NCBI RefSeq assembly: GCF_009914755.1
Contig: NC_060944.1
Reading direction: 5' to 3' (one strand)
Origin: the human T2T-CHM13v2.0 reference genome, Homo sapiens
Length of the DNA: 64,000 nucleotides
The notes below the pieces were generated by a model that was given only the letters and a program-made list of their open reading frames with translations, was not told the origin of the DNA and did no database searches. The position numbers and the translations under genes are program-made. The first letter of the stretch is position 1. The number at the start of each line of letters is the position of its first letter. Positions 1-13,240 of this stretch are shown one piece after another.

Positions 1-498
<498 letters not shown>

Positions 499-556
499 CT
501 AGTCAGTCCACTGCAATAGCCTCTGAATTCCTTACTCCATCAGACCCCTCTAAAAG

Positions 557-725
557 AGTAGTTCTCAAACTCAGATACGCACTGGAATCACCTGGGAAAT
601 TATCAAAAATCCAATATCTGGGCCTCTCCTTCAGAAAATCTGATTTTACTGTTTGTAGCCTGGGTACTGGTATTTTTATAAGCTCTTCAGATGATTCTAA
701 TACACAACAAAGTTTGAGCACCACT
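557..725. mobile_element. MER5-type hAT-Charlie DNA transposon fossil
   Basis: GTTCTCAAAC...GAATCACCTGG...GATTCTAAT...AGTTTGAGCACCACT pattern. Confidence 0.7.
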
Positions 726-759
726 CAACCAACCTCTGCTGCTGGAGTATAGAGTACAA

Positions 760-1300
760 ACCACTTTCCTGCATTAAAACCTCTGATGACTCCTCACAGC
801 CAACACAAACCCAAACAACTCACCACGATCTTTAAAGCCTTTCTCAACATCTCCAACCTATCCCTCCTCCAGCCCCTCACCTACCAGTACTCCATGGCTC
901 TCCACCATACTCCAGCCAGAATGAACTTATCATTTGCCTCTGAGCCCCCAGCAACACATTTCTTATGCATAAAAGGCTCTCCAAACTCACAAACACTAAT
1001 CTCAGTCTCTGATTATCAAACTCCAAATCAATTTTCAAGTACCCATTTAAAAGGTCTTCCTTTCAAAAGCCTTAACCTACTCCCCTGGCTTAACGGTTGA
1101 TCCTTCTTCTTGAGTCTTAACAAAATTTGGACATAGCTCTAATCTGACATTGATCATGATGCTTGTAGTGGCAGTTTACCTTTCTGTCTCTTCTAACACA
1201 AAGTGCATTCCACAAAGGGAGAGATCATGTGCATTCCCAGGGCACGTGAATGACTGAAACACAATGAATTTTCAATAACTGTTTGCTAAATAAATGGGCA
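760..1300. mobile_element. L2 LINE fragments
   Basis: Degenerate L2 3'-type sequence ending in TTGCTAAATAAATG. Confidence 0.5.
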
Positions 1301-2969
1301 TCACACACTTGTGGAATAAATGAATAATATAAGAAAAGACAAAGGCAATTCAATATGAAATGCCCAATTAGTTACAGAGGGAAAATCTAACCCAAGAAGT
1401 GCTGTGGGGAGAGAGATTGCTTCAAGCTGATATGGAAAGAGAAGGCTCCATGAAGACACGGGTCTTGCTCTCAAGTCTCATGGAAGGAAAATATCTGGAT
1501 GGGCCAAGAGGGAGGGGCAGAAAACAATAAGCATGGGAAACAGTACAAAAGTAGACCATTCCACAGGAAAAAAAAAAAAAAAACACCTCATTAAAAAAGC
1601 TCAGTGCTTTAAAGCAAAGGTTTACTTGCTTACACTATGTAATCATTACATATTTCTTTAAAAAGAAAAGGTATCTGCCTAGAAGGGACACACATCACTT
1701 CCACTGAAATGTCAATATCCAAAGCAAGTTACACAGCCATGCCCAATTTCAAGGTGTGAGAGAGAATGTAACCCTACTATGTGTCCTTAAGGAAGAGAAC
1801 CAGAATACTGGAGTCCTAATGACCACACGATGAAAGAGTCTAGCACCATACCTGGCACATAGTAAGCACTCAGTGATTGACAGCTATTATTATCATGATT
1901 ACTGAGGGATCTGGGGAAAAAATCTATCCTAATAACCCTAAGTCATATAAGCACATGTGAAAAACATCTTATGCACATTATTTAAAATAAAGCAAAGGTT
2001 AATTTACAAGCATTTTACCGTGATAAAAGGGAGGGATATGCCAAAAAGTTTCCATTAAGCAAAAAAATAGTAAACAAGATTTACCAAAATAGTACAACAA
2101 GCATTTTACCGCGATATGAGAGAGGGATGTGCCAAAACGTTTCTAGTAAAGAAGAGCTATTAAAATACCCATTCTTACTAATTTAAGACATGTAATATTT
2201 CACTGATAGTATCTTTATTATTTTAGAGAACATTAAGAAAATTATGGAGCCTTTCACATGTTCACTCCTAATCTCAGAGCACAGCTATCCCATATTTCCC
2301 CCATGAATTTTTAAGGGAAATTCTCCTACGTGGGTTTTCAGGACCCTAATCCTTGGAGGTTAAGGGAAAAGTCCTATACAGCAAAATGAAAATTGAATTC
2401 TAATCAAGGCTTGACCACAGATCAGCTCTGTGACCTCACAAATATTTACATGACTAGGACCCCATCCCATTATGAATAATGAAAATGGATAGATGTCTTC
2501 AGAAGTACCTTCTAACTCTACTCTTCTGCAATCCCGACAAGATAGAAAGTAGCTTTGGTTTCAGAGAATCTAGTAATGATGGTGACCTGTGTAAGACCCG
2601 ATAACACTTAAATCTGCCACAACCACACTCATAAGGGCAACAACAAAACTTAGTTCAAGAGTAAATATGCAACACAGTCAAGAACACACAGGGAGAGCTC
2701 TGCTACATGAAATGCTGCAGACACAAAGTGCAGATAAAAATGGACAGAGTGTGGTTATTTTGTGTGTAGCTTATGAAATCACAATATTTTAGTAACATCT
2801 CATACAGCATTCCAAGGACAAGTGGCAGTGATGAGAACAAACCTGAAGTAAGGAACCTCCAAACCTTTTAAGCTTAGGATCTGTCCAACTATCAGATCTA
2901 AATTTCAGCACACTGGGCTTTCCACTTCTTTAAAACCCTACAGCAAGAATTCAAATACATGCCCAGAGA

Positions 2970-3096
2970 GCGGGGTGCAGTGGCATGTCTGTAGTCCCAG
3001 CTACTCAGGAGGCTGAGGCAGGAGGATCATTTGAGCCCATGAGTCTAGCCTGGGCAACGTAAGAGACCCAGTTTCTATAAAACAAAAACAAAAACA
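2970..3096 (+). mobile_element. Alu monomer (FLAM/FRAM-like) with 17 bp TSD
   Basis: Monomer with A-rich tail; AAATACATGCCCAGAGA at 2953-2969 and 3097-3113. Confidence 0.85.
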
Positions 3097-3570
3097 AAAT
3101 ACATGCCCAGAGATCTAGAACTTGACATCCTTAGAAGAAAGTCAGACAAAAAAGCCAAAGCAGCAAGTTACAAAATGTTGTGCCCCATAATCAGTGACAC
3201 TTGTGTCAAACAGAAGCACCTGCCCAGACAACCTACCGCCACTCACTGCTTTGTGAGTATACAACCACCCTTACAACAGAATTAATGAGAAAACAGTGCT
3301 GATCTGTAATGAACACCAAGGAGAGACTATATAGCATTAACTCATGCCATAAACAAAACAGACACTGCTGCATTATAAATTTTGCTACACTGGCAGCCCT
3401 ATCCGTGATTTTTAAGGAACCTTCCAATTTTAATGTTCTGTGAGTCTATAAACCACATAGGACACCCGTTACTGTCTCTCATGCTTCAAGAGTCACTGCC
3501 TAAATGACTAACAATTTCCTGCTTGAAAATCTAAAACCTGGTAAATATATCTAATAAAACTGCTGTATGA

Positions 3571-3957
<387 letters not shown>

Positions 3958-4280
3958 TATGTTTATTTCTACAGTAATTTCCTCCTTCTTGTCAATCACA
4001 ACATAATTTTCAATTTTGCAATAGATTTTGATGAATATACTACAATCAATCTTATCATTGATTTTTAGGAGTTTAAAATTTGTATTCCCCATTTACAAGT
4101 AGATGGGGAGAGGAGACGGAGAATATGCAACCCCGAATGAACCAAAGAAATTGCTTCTATTAACAAATCAATTTTTAAACATATTGGAAAGGGAGGAGAG
4201 GATAAGACTCAGTCTTTCAAGGGAGGCTTGGTAAATGTTATTTTAAAAAAACAAGATTCCCTTCATAAAGTTAATTGATA

Positions 4281-4597
<317 letters not shown>

Positions 4598-5099
4598 TTA
4601 ATTGATAGATAAACCTGAAATACTTTGTATGGTAAAAATATCCATTACTGGTCTAAAGTAATGGGAAACCCTATAGTCAGTAGTTTGTATTGAGAACAGG
4701 AGAACTACAGTGTTATACTTAAAAGCTGCCTATCTTCAATCTTAGTATGAAAGAAAAAAGCTTCAAAAGTCATGTTGAAAGACATCATGCATGTTAGTAA
4801 TAGACAGGAAGGGTCATAAGTCCCCGCTGGAACAGCTGCCTTGCTTTTTGTAAAGCCTTACAAGACACATCTAAATTTATTCTCTGATCTTACTATTTTC
4901 TGAACATTCAAATCAACTTTCAGATAAAAATAAAGAGGCAAATATAAATAGATAAATAACTATCAATTTTTATTATACGGCTTGCTTAGACTCATTTTAG
5001 GTTAAAGGACAATCTTGTTTCCTATTATATTTTCCTTCACAGACACAGAAAAAAATCCACCTTTGCTCCAAAAAGGGTAGAAATGCTAAAGGGTCTAGA

Positions 5100-5295
5100 G
5101 CTGTGCTGTCTAATACTGGTACGACTGGCCATGTATGGCTATTTAAATTGAAGCTAATATTAAATAAAATTTAAAATTCTCATCCTCGGTCATACTAGCC
5201 ACATCTTAAGGGCTTGAAAACCATCAGTGGCTAGTAGTTCCCGTGCAGATATTGGACACCTCCATCATAACAGGAGGTTCTACTGAACAGTGCTG
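5100..5295 (-). mobile_element. MER3-like hAT-Charlie element
   Basis: TGTGCTGTCTAATA...GGCTATTTAAATT...ACTAGCCACAT...GAACAGTGCTG pattern. Confidence 0.7.
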
Positions 5296-5378
5296 ATCTA
5301 GAACAATGTTTCTCAAATTTTGATGTGCACAAAATCATCAGCATAGCTTGTTAAAACACAGACTCCTGGGAACCCTAG

Positions 5379-5747
<369 letters not shown>

Positions 5748-7539
5748 TAACATGCTCCAAAGTAATGCTGAAGTTTCCCAACACTTTGATTAGTGAAGAA
5801 GTAGTTTTTGGTTTTGCTCTTTCCCAATCTATGGCCAAGACTTTCATAAAACACCAGAAAAATGAATTTCCAGGAAAAAATAAACAAAAAAGGACTACAA
5901 TTATAAACTGTTTTTATAATTAGATTCAACAAACCATTTTTCTAACCATCTGCTATAAAAGCATCTACATGCTTCTTTTCAAGTTCTGTACTCACCTTGT
6001 CAGACAGGTAAGCAGACCACAGATCTGCAGGAATCTGTAGACTACTTTCAGTAGCCTGATTCACAAGAGCTTATTTTTTTACATTTTTACACTTATCTTT
6101 CTGGAGCTGGTCATTAATGACCTCTTTCATATCCTCTATCATTTCCTCAATGCATTTTTACAACTCAAGGCAAAACTGTTAATTCCATTAAGCAAAATAC
6201 CCCTAAATCCCTTAAGTGATATTATACCAGGTTTGCTTAAAGAAGCAATCTAATGGTGTCATCACTTACAATGTGATCTGATTCTATCACAGGATCAACA
6301 ATAATGATGGCTTAACTTTTTCATGCAAGCCCATAGTTGAATTTAGACTGCCAGCAGTGCAAGAATTTCTAAGCCAAAATACACAATGAGCTATAATAAA
6401 GTCTCTGTGTTAAATTATGTAAAATTCTTTCCGTAAATAAAATCTATGATCTAGACTTAGCTTACCAGACATAATCCTTCAAAGTATTTCTTAGAATACT
6501 GATAGTTTTTCTTGGACCCAAAGTAGATAGAGTCCAGATATATTTCTTTACTCATATACACTTAAGGAAGGAACAAACCAAATAATCAAGTCAATGCCCT
6601 TCGCAATCTGCCTAAAGCTTAGGTATTTTCCCTAATCTAATTATTATTATCTATTATTAAACAAAATAAACTGATTTTTCTTCTATTCAACTTCTGGTCT
6701 GGCCCAACAAAAAAAATCTCCAGAATAACTTTAAGTTTGACCACCTCCTAGAGTTACTCTCAGAATTTTTTCATTACTCTAATATTGTTTTGGCAATTTG
6801 CTTGACTTATTAAGTAAATAATAAGGCTCTGAGAACTTTAATATAAAATCCTTTTTATATAATAACACCTGGTTTTATATGTATGTTCTCTGTAAAATTT
6901 TTAGCAGTCTAAAAATAAGCTTTTATGTTCAACTACACATTATTTTAAGGAAGAACTCCACTAAAAATTAGCACTAATGGAAGTTGCAAAGCATTTCATA
7001 AAAGTCTGGGGAATATAAAAAAATGGAGGGCTTCTTTTAATTCTTCTTCTTCAATGTAAGAAAGAAAAACCCTTTTCCTCCTAACATATTGAATGAAGCA
7101 ATAGCAGAATTAGTAAGAAGCAGTATTCAAAGCAAGAAAATGTCAGGCACATTTGCCATGGCCTCCCCTCTAGTCCCATCTGCAGAGGCAGATGTGTGAA
7201 AAAGAGAGGCTGAGGACCCTCTAAGAGCCTCCATGTCTCCCACTCCAACCTTTAACTCTATCAGGCTGCAAGGGCAAGGGCAACGAATGGCTTCCATGTG
7301 ATCATGTGATCACAGCGAGGGAAGAATTTGGGGGATAACCCCAGGGAATGCCTGAATGCTGCCAGAGGGATGCAGTTCTTCCCCAAGCCCAGGCCAAGTG
7401 ATCAAGGCTGAGACTGCTAAAGGACAAAAAAGGTCCAAAGAAGTCAGCATCCAGGCAGAAGATTTTGTTCATGCAAAGCAGTTGTTCTAGAATGACCTAA
7501 ATTAATGATCCTTAGTATGTTTTGTATGCTGGTGGAAAG

Positions 7540-7712
7540 GTATGGCGATAGGGGTATGAGAGGCACAGATCCGTTTGAGAATCATAAAAAACAATGGATT
7601 GTCCGCCTATAAAATACGCAGATGCAAACAAAAATTTGCATACTATTTTGGGGCGTTCACAGACCAGCCAAAGACTCCCTAGGGGTCCACGAACTGCAGG
7701 ATAAAAAGCTTA
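7540..7712. mobile_element. Old DNA-transposon-like MER fragment
   Basis: TTTGAGAATC...AATTTGCATAC...GTTCACAGAC...GGGGTCCAC pattern resembles hAT MERs. Confidence 0.45.
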
Positions 7713-8889
7713 AACCTTTAGGTAGGAAGTAAAGATGTCTGTTACTACAGTAGCTGGAACTTTTAACCTGAAGCCAGGCTTTTACATAAAAACAATCTTA
7801 GAGTATAAAAAAAAAAAAAATCTAAAACCAAAATACCTTGGTCACATAGTATATAAGAAAATCCAAAATATATTAAAAATTTAACTACTTGATAAAGAAT
7901 AACATATTTGATCCATAAAATGCGATCAGCGACTATCCCTTATAAGTATCCTCAATAAAGGGGTAAAAAAATGGAAATCTCCCTTTACTTATTTAGAAAA
8001 TTCAAATATGCATCCATCACTTTCTACTTATGTTTGGATTCCTGTCCTGGTTATCTTACAATTCTACTTCCCAGCATCCTGAAATTTTCAAATACTGTCT
8101 TAGTATATTAAACTCTTTTGAAATAGATAACAAAAGCACCATGGGAGTCCGTTGAAAACTTAGGTTTGTTCCTTGCTAAAATTTCTAAGTCCTTCATTAT
8201 GACTATAAAGAAAAAAGGTTCATCAATTCAAAAAAAAATCCTGATTCTTCAAAATAGGAGCTATTTAAGTTACATCATATACACCCCATTACAAATTCTA
8301 AAGGTTGCAAAACAGAACAGTGATGGCAAACAACATAATGAATAAATGTAAGAGGATGCACAGAATCACTATTTACTGACTATAAAAACCAACAAATACA
8401 GGTACTACAGGCAAAAACAAACATTTTTCTTTGGATTTTATGCAGATGATTTAGTTCAGAAACAGGGACAAGCATGGATATTTTAAAATAACTCCATTTT
8501 ACTACCTTCAGGACTTTTATGGAAGTAACAGAATTTCTCATGAGGGTATCAACGCCTCCACAACATGAACCAAAGAAAAGAACATTTTGGCAAAGGAAAA
8601 AGTGACTGCGTTCTCCCTCTGCACTTCATGGTTATTACTGTACCAGGGTACACCTGAACTCCTAAGTGCCCCAGGAAGACCACTCCTACTCCATGGAGAC
8701 AAAAGTGGGGAAAAGGGTGTCCTCACTGTATTCCAACACTCCTCTTCAGTGACAAATTCCTGAAACGGAAAAGTAAAAATGGATGCACGTGTAGAACTTA
8801 GGGAAGGTGTGTTAGCTAATTAACCTAACACCATACCACTAAAATACAACAGTACGCTTGAGCTTTTAAAAAAAATCTTTAGAGAGAAC

Positions 8890-9110
8890 TACTGGTGAAA
8901 AGGACATGTATTGGATACAGATGATCAGGGTCAAATTCTGGCTCTATCACTGACTAGCTTTATGGCCTTTAATAAATTACTTCATTTCTCTGAGCTGCAG
9001 CCCAGTCTCACGAAGTGGCTATGAAAACAAAGATATTTTTCCCAACTCTGTAGCCCCAGTATCTGGCTGAGTACTGGACAAACACCAGGTATTCAATCAA
9101 TGCTAGTTCT
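8890..9110. mobile_element. MIR and L2 fragments
   Basis: TCAAATTCTGGCTCTATCACTGACTAGCT...TTACTTCATTTCTCTGAGC (MIR core-like). Confidence 0.6.
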
Positions 9111-12100
9111 TTTTGCTCCACTCACAAGCATGTCACATTCCATTGCAAAAAAAAAAAAAAAAGTTCTCTAGGGAAGAGGTATCTCAGCTCTGGCTATCAT
9201 TTTATGTATTTCAAAGAGTTTTCAATATAATAACCTGGTACAGGAGAATGCAGGCAATCCTATGGAATTCACTCCACCTTTCACTTGAATTAAACTAAAG
9301 CTCTGCATGAGCAATGAAGTATAAGAGAATCATTAAATATGTATTAAAAACAAAACTATTTCAAGCCTTCTTATACCAGGCGGGGAAAGGGGAAGGAGGG
9401 AAGTAGAGTGCAGCCTCCTCAGTTGATATGTATATACTGTCATTGTCCTATACCAAAGATATTTCTGCAGGTAGAATCTTTGAATCCTTAAACTTGTTCA
9501 AAGAGATTCAGAACATGGGTGGTCCATGAGTGATCTCATTTAGTAATTACCAATTAAAGTCTTTCCATGAAAAACATAGGCACCTACAGGGAGAATCAAG
9601 CCTGATGTTGTGGAACCTCATGGTATAACACAGGAAGACATAACCACAAACGCTGCTTCGGGCAAAGCCATACTTCCAAGAAAACCAAAACATTTCTTCA
9701 AAACTTTTATAAACCAAGGAGCTCTCCAACACATAGTAGCCCAAGGGCCGCCTGTTGTTTCTGATAGGTTTTCTGCAATTTCACAGCAAAATCACAAATA
9801 AGATGTGGCTTCTAATGAGATATGATTCTGCTTCAGGTTTTCTTTGGTATTTGAAATATACAAAAAGTAAATCAATAAATACAAAAACATAACTGCCAAA
9901 GGTTCTTCCAGAAATGCAGCAGTTAGTCGTATTTCTCCCACTTCACTTCTAACTTGTCTTTCAATTTTTGTGTGGTTTGCCTTAACTAATACACTGATGA
10001 GTTCAGAGAACTTCCCCAACTACATGAATAATAAATTATAAAAATTATAAAGATATAGAATATTTAAAAGTTGTAAAAATGATCATATTGAAAGAGTTTG
10101 CAGTGCTATTAAATGTAACAGAAGAGCTAAATGTGAAAAGCAAAGAAATAGCTGCAGAATAAAAAACGTGACTCCAGGAAGACTGTGATACCACACTGAA
10201 GCACAACTCAATTTCGCAACAGATCTAGATTTACTTCGCCCATGGCCAGACTACACCAAGAACAGTACTATGGTCTGGTTACTATTAGAGAGACTCCAAA
10301 GCAAACAAAACGGTGGGGAAAGATGTGTGCAGGATAGCTTTTAGTCACCCACTAATCAAGAAAAATGTTTAAATTCAAAAGAACTTATAATTCATCTATG
10401 AAATCTGCCCTGGAACAAAAATAACTCCAAAATTAATAATCTTACCACTCCGCATTTTCCCAAGGCCTTTGGTTATAAAGATGCATTGCTTATATGAAAC
10501 CACCTGCTCTGCTTGGCATAAATCATGTTACTTGAGGATTCATGCCTAATCATTTTATCAAACACAGATCTCAAATCTTCTTTCTGTTGCCAGAGAGCCA
10601 TAAAGTTCACAAAAACTCTCTCTCTGAGGTTGCCAACCTGATTTTCCAATTTGGCTGACAGTCAAACTCGACTGTGCCATGAAATCAATGGGACAGACCC
10701 CCAATAAGTTACACAGCTCACATCAGCCTAGGGAGCAAAACCGAGTGGTCTGCCCCGGTGTTTTTTCCCCAAACGCCACAAACATATTTCCACAAAGTAC
10801 ATCAAAATTGGGGGCCCATTGGGATGGTACTCTTACATACCATCTGGGAAACAATAATCAAATTTCAGGCAATATTTCAGACATCCTGAAAACTGTAAAT
10901 ATTTAAAATGTGTATTTTCTGTGTTCGTGGATCTGCCAGCAGAAACGAGGAGTTTTCAGGGGGTGGGAAATAAGGCACACACACAGCCCCAGAGAGATGC
11001 TCAGAGATGCCAAGGATTCACCAGAAACCTTGGCCAGATTACTAATGGTCCATAAACCCTAATTTGGAGAACAGGGTCCTACGAGCTCAAAATTGAATTA
11101 TACTGCCTTATTAGATCCCACACGACTGAAACCACAGTCACATTAGTCATAACTGGAACTAGGAATACTTTATGTACACAAATATAAAGTGCCTGCTTAT
11201 GCATTTTTAATTGTATCAAATAAAACTGAAGCTGCAAACAAACTCAAATTTCAATTATCTCACTAGTGAGGGGATTTCCTAATAACGCCTTTAAAAAAAA
11301 CCAAGTAGCTGCCAACCCTCTGCACATCCGATAGGCATGTCCCTGGAAATCTGGGCGCAACGGACTCCGTTACTTCTCAACAGCGAGGAAAATAAATACC
11401 TTGAAGAGGACAGATAGATCTTTTTTTAAAGCTCCAACATGCGATCTAATAATGCACAAAACTTGGCAGCGGGGTTGCAGGACCCCTCCTGGGCTCCAAT
11501 TTTCGGGGCGAGTGCGCGCTAGTGCGTAAGAAGGGGGCGGAGGGGGTGCGCGATCCGAGGCCGCGCAGGGGCCCCCGCCCCCTCCCGGAACAGCAGCCTG
11601 GCACCAGCCCACCCTCCTCCACCCCTGCAAACAGACGCAGGACGCGAATAGAGCAACTTCTCCGCGGGGGCGGCGGCGGGAATAGCGGTCACCCCCGCCC
11701 CGCCCCAGCGCGGCTGGGCCCGGGGGTCCCACCGCGCCCGCCCCGGGGGGGGCCTCGGCACGCCCCGCCCCCGCCCGCCAGGCCCGCGGCCGGGGTCTGC
11801 CCGGACCCCCGCCCCTGCGCGCGGCCCGCAGCGGCGCACTCCCAAGGACGGCCGCCCGGCCCGAGCGAAAGCGGGAGCGGGAGCAGTAGCCTGGCGTGGC
11901 AGAGGCCGCCCCTCTCCCCAGGCCGCAGGCCGCCGCCTGCCCTCCGCCAGGCCGCCCGCCCGCCGGCCCCGCTCGGACCCCAGCCCGGCCGGGCCTGGAC
12001 GCCGCCGCAGCCCCTCATCCCGGCTCCATTCATAGGGGCACCCTAACCCGGCCGGCGGGGCGGGGCCGGGGACCCGCGGACAAGGCCGGTCCGCCGAGGC

Positions 12101-12136
12101 CAGGGAGGAAAATAAAAAGTTAAGAGAAGAACTTAC

Positions 12137-12174
12137 CTAAAATGGCTCCTGCAGCAGCCAAAATACAAACAGCT
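12137..12174 (-). other. CHD6: Non-coding first exon (5' UTR) of a minus-strand gene, probably CHD6; the TSS may lie further upstream (to ~12290)
   Basis: Minus strand reads AGCTGTTTGTATTTTGGCTGCTGCAGGAGCCATTTTAG|GTAAGT: a consensus donor inside the CpG island, downstream of CCAAT/GC boxes. Gene identity and TSS are recalled (short non-coding exon 1, long intron 1, gene-poor upstream region), not searched. Confidence 0.65.
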
Positions 12175-12251
12175 ATTATTTGGTGAAGTTTAGCTCAGAC
12201 ACCCTGCAAGGACACCCTAACCCATCTCGGGCCCGCCTTCCCTGTCGCGCC

Positions 12252-12401
12252 ATTGGGCTTCGCCGGTCCAAAACACAGACCCATTGGTCATCCCGGCTGC
12301 CGCTCAGACAGAAGCCCATTTCAAGCTTGCTTGCAGGGGCGAGTGATGGGCTCGCTCCATTGTGCTCGTATTTGCATGGATGTGATCGCGGCCTTGATTG
12401 G
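12252..12401 (-). promoter_or_regulatory. Three CCAAT boxes and an octamer motif
   Basis: ATTGG at 12252-12256, 12283-12287 and 12397-12401 (CCAAT on minus); ATTTGCAT at 12370-12377. Confidence 0.7.
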
Positions 12402-12413
12402 CCGGCGCTGAGA

Positions 12414-12585
12414 CCGCCCCGCCCCCTGCCTCGTGCCCCCCGCCTTGGAGACGCCGCTGCGCTCGGCCCCGCCCCCCCGGGACTAGCGGCAGGGCCACGG
12501 GGGCGGGGCGGGGCCGGGGTCCCGCGGGCCGAGGGGGCGGGGCGGGGTCCTGCACGCTGCAGATCGCAGGCAGGGGGCGGGGACC
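12414..12585. promoter_or_regulatory. SP/KLF GC-box cluster with G-quadruplex potential
   Basis: CCGCCCCGCCCC, GGCCCCGCCCC, GGGGGCGGGGCGGGGCCGGGG, GGGGGCGGGGCGGGG. Confidence 0.75.
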
Positions 12586-13074
12586 TGGCGCGCTCGGGCG
12601 CCGGCGGGGGTTCAGCGCCCAGGTGGAGGTCTCTCAGGTAGCTGGCTAGTGATCTGGAAGACCCGGGGCTGGCGTCTCCGGGGGTGGGGGAGGATGTGGC
12701 TGGGGTCCCGCGACACAGGGGTTCCGCAGGGGCCGAGGCCACGCGGGCAGATGCAAGGAGAAGCGAGGGACCCGCAGGTCAGGAAAAGAAGATCCTGAGT
12801 GGCCAAGCGAACGGAGCAGCCTCCACCCGCGTCTTCTGCCGCTCAGCCCGGCTCCCTGGTACTCCTGGCTCCCAACGGGCTTCTTCCCAAGGCCCAGCGC
12901 ACCCGGGAGTTTTCCAGCCCCGGGGACCCTGCAGCGCCTTGGATAGATCTCCGTGAAATCAGGTGTCGAGCTATGGTGCATTTATTTTCGGGCCTGTCGC
13001 CCCTACCATCCTTGTAGCATCCTCAAGGACAGGGCCCAGTGTTTGGCAGAGATTCAACTAATTGTTACACTCTC

Positions 13075-13240
13075 GAATTCATTCGTTAGCAGGTAATCTT
13101 TGAGTGCCCACTAAATTCCAGACATTGATATAAAACGGGATATTGCGGTCAACAAGACAAAGCCCTTGCTTTCATGGAATAGGCGAAAGACTAAATACAA
13201 GGGGTAGGTAGTGATAAATGCTGTAAAGAAAATAGATGGA
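13075..13240. mobile_element. L2 3' fragment (another at ~13840-13960)
   Basis: ATTCATTC...TTTGAGTGCCCACTA...AACAAGACAAAGCCCTTGCTTTCATGGA. Confidence 0.55.

Larger units (their letters stand above)
11350..13000. promoter_or_regulatory. CpG island promoter region
   Basis: Very GC- and CpG-dense block in an otherwise CpG-depleted window; many GC boxes (GGGGCGGGG at ~12414-12547). Confidence 0.95.

Noticed and set aside
11370-13017. Many overlapping Pro/Gly/Arg-rich ORFs of up to 188 aa
   Set aside because: Expected from stop-codon scarcity in a CpG island; present in all frames and both strands, with no recognisable domain.
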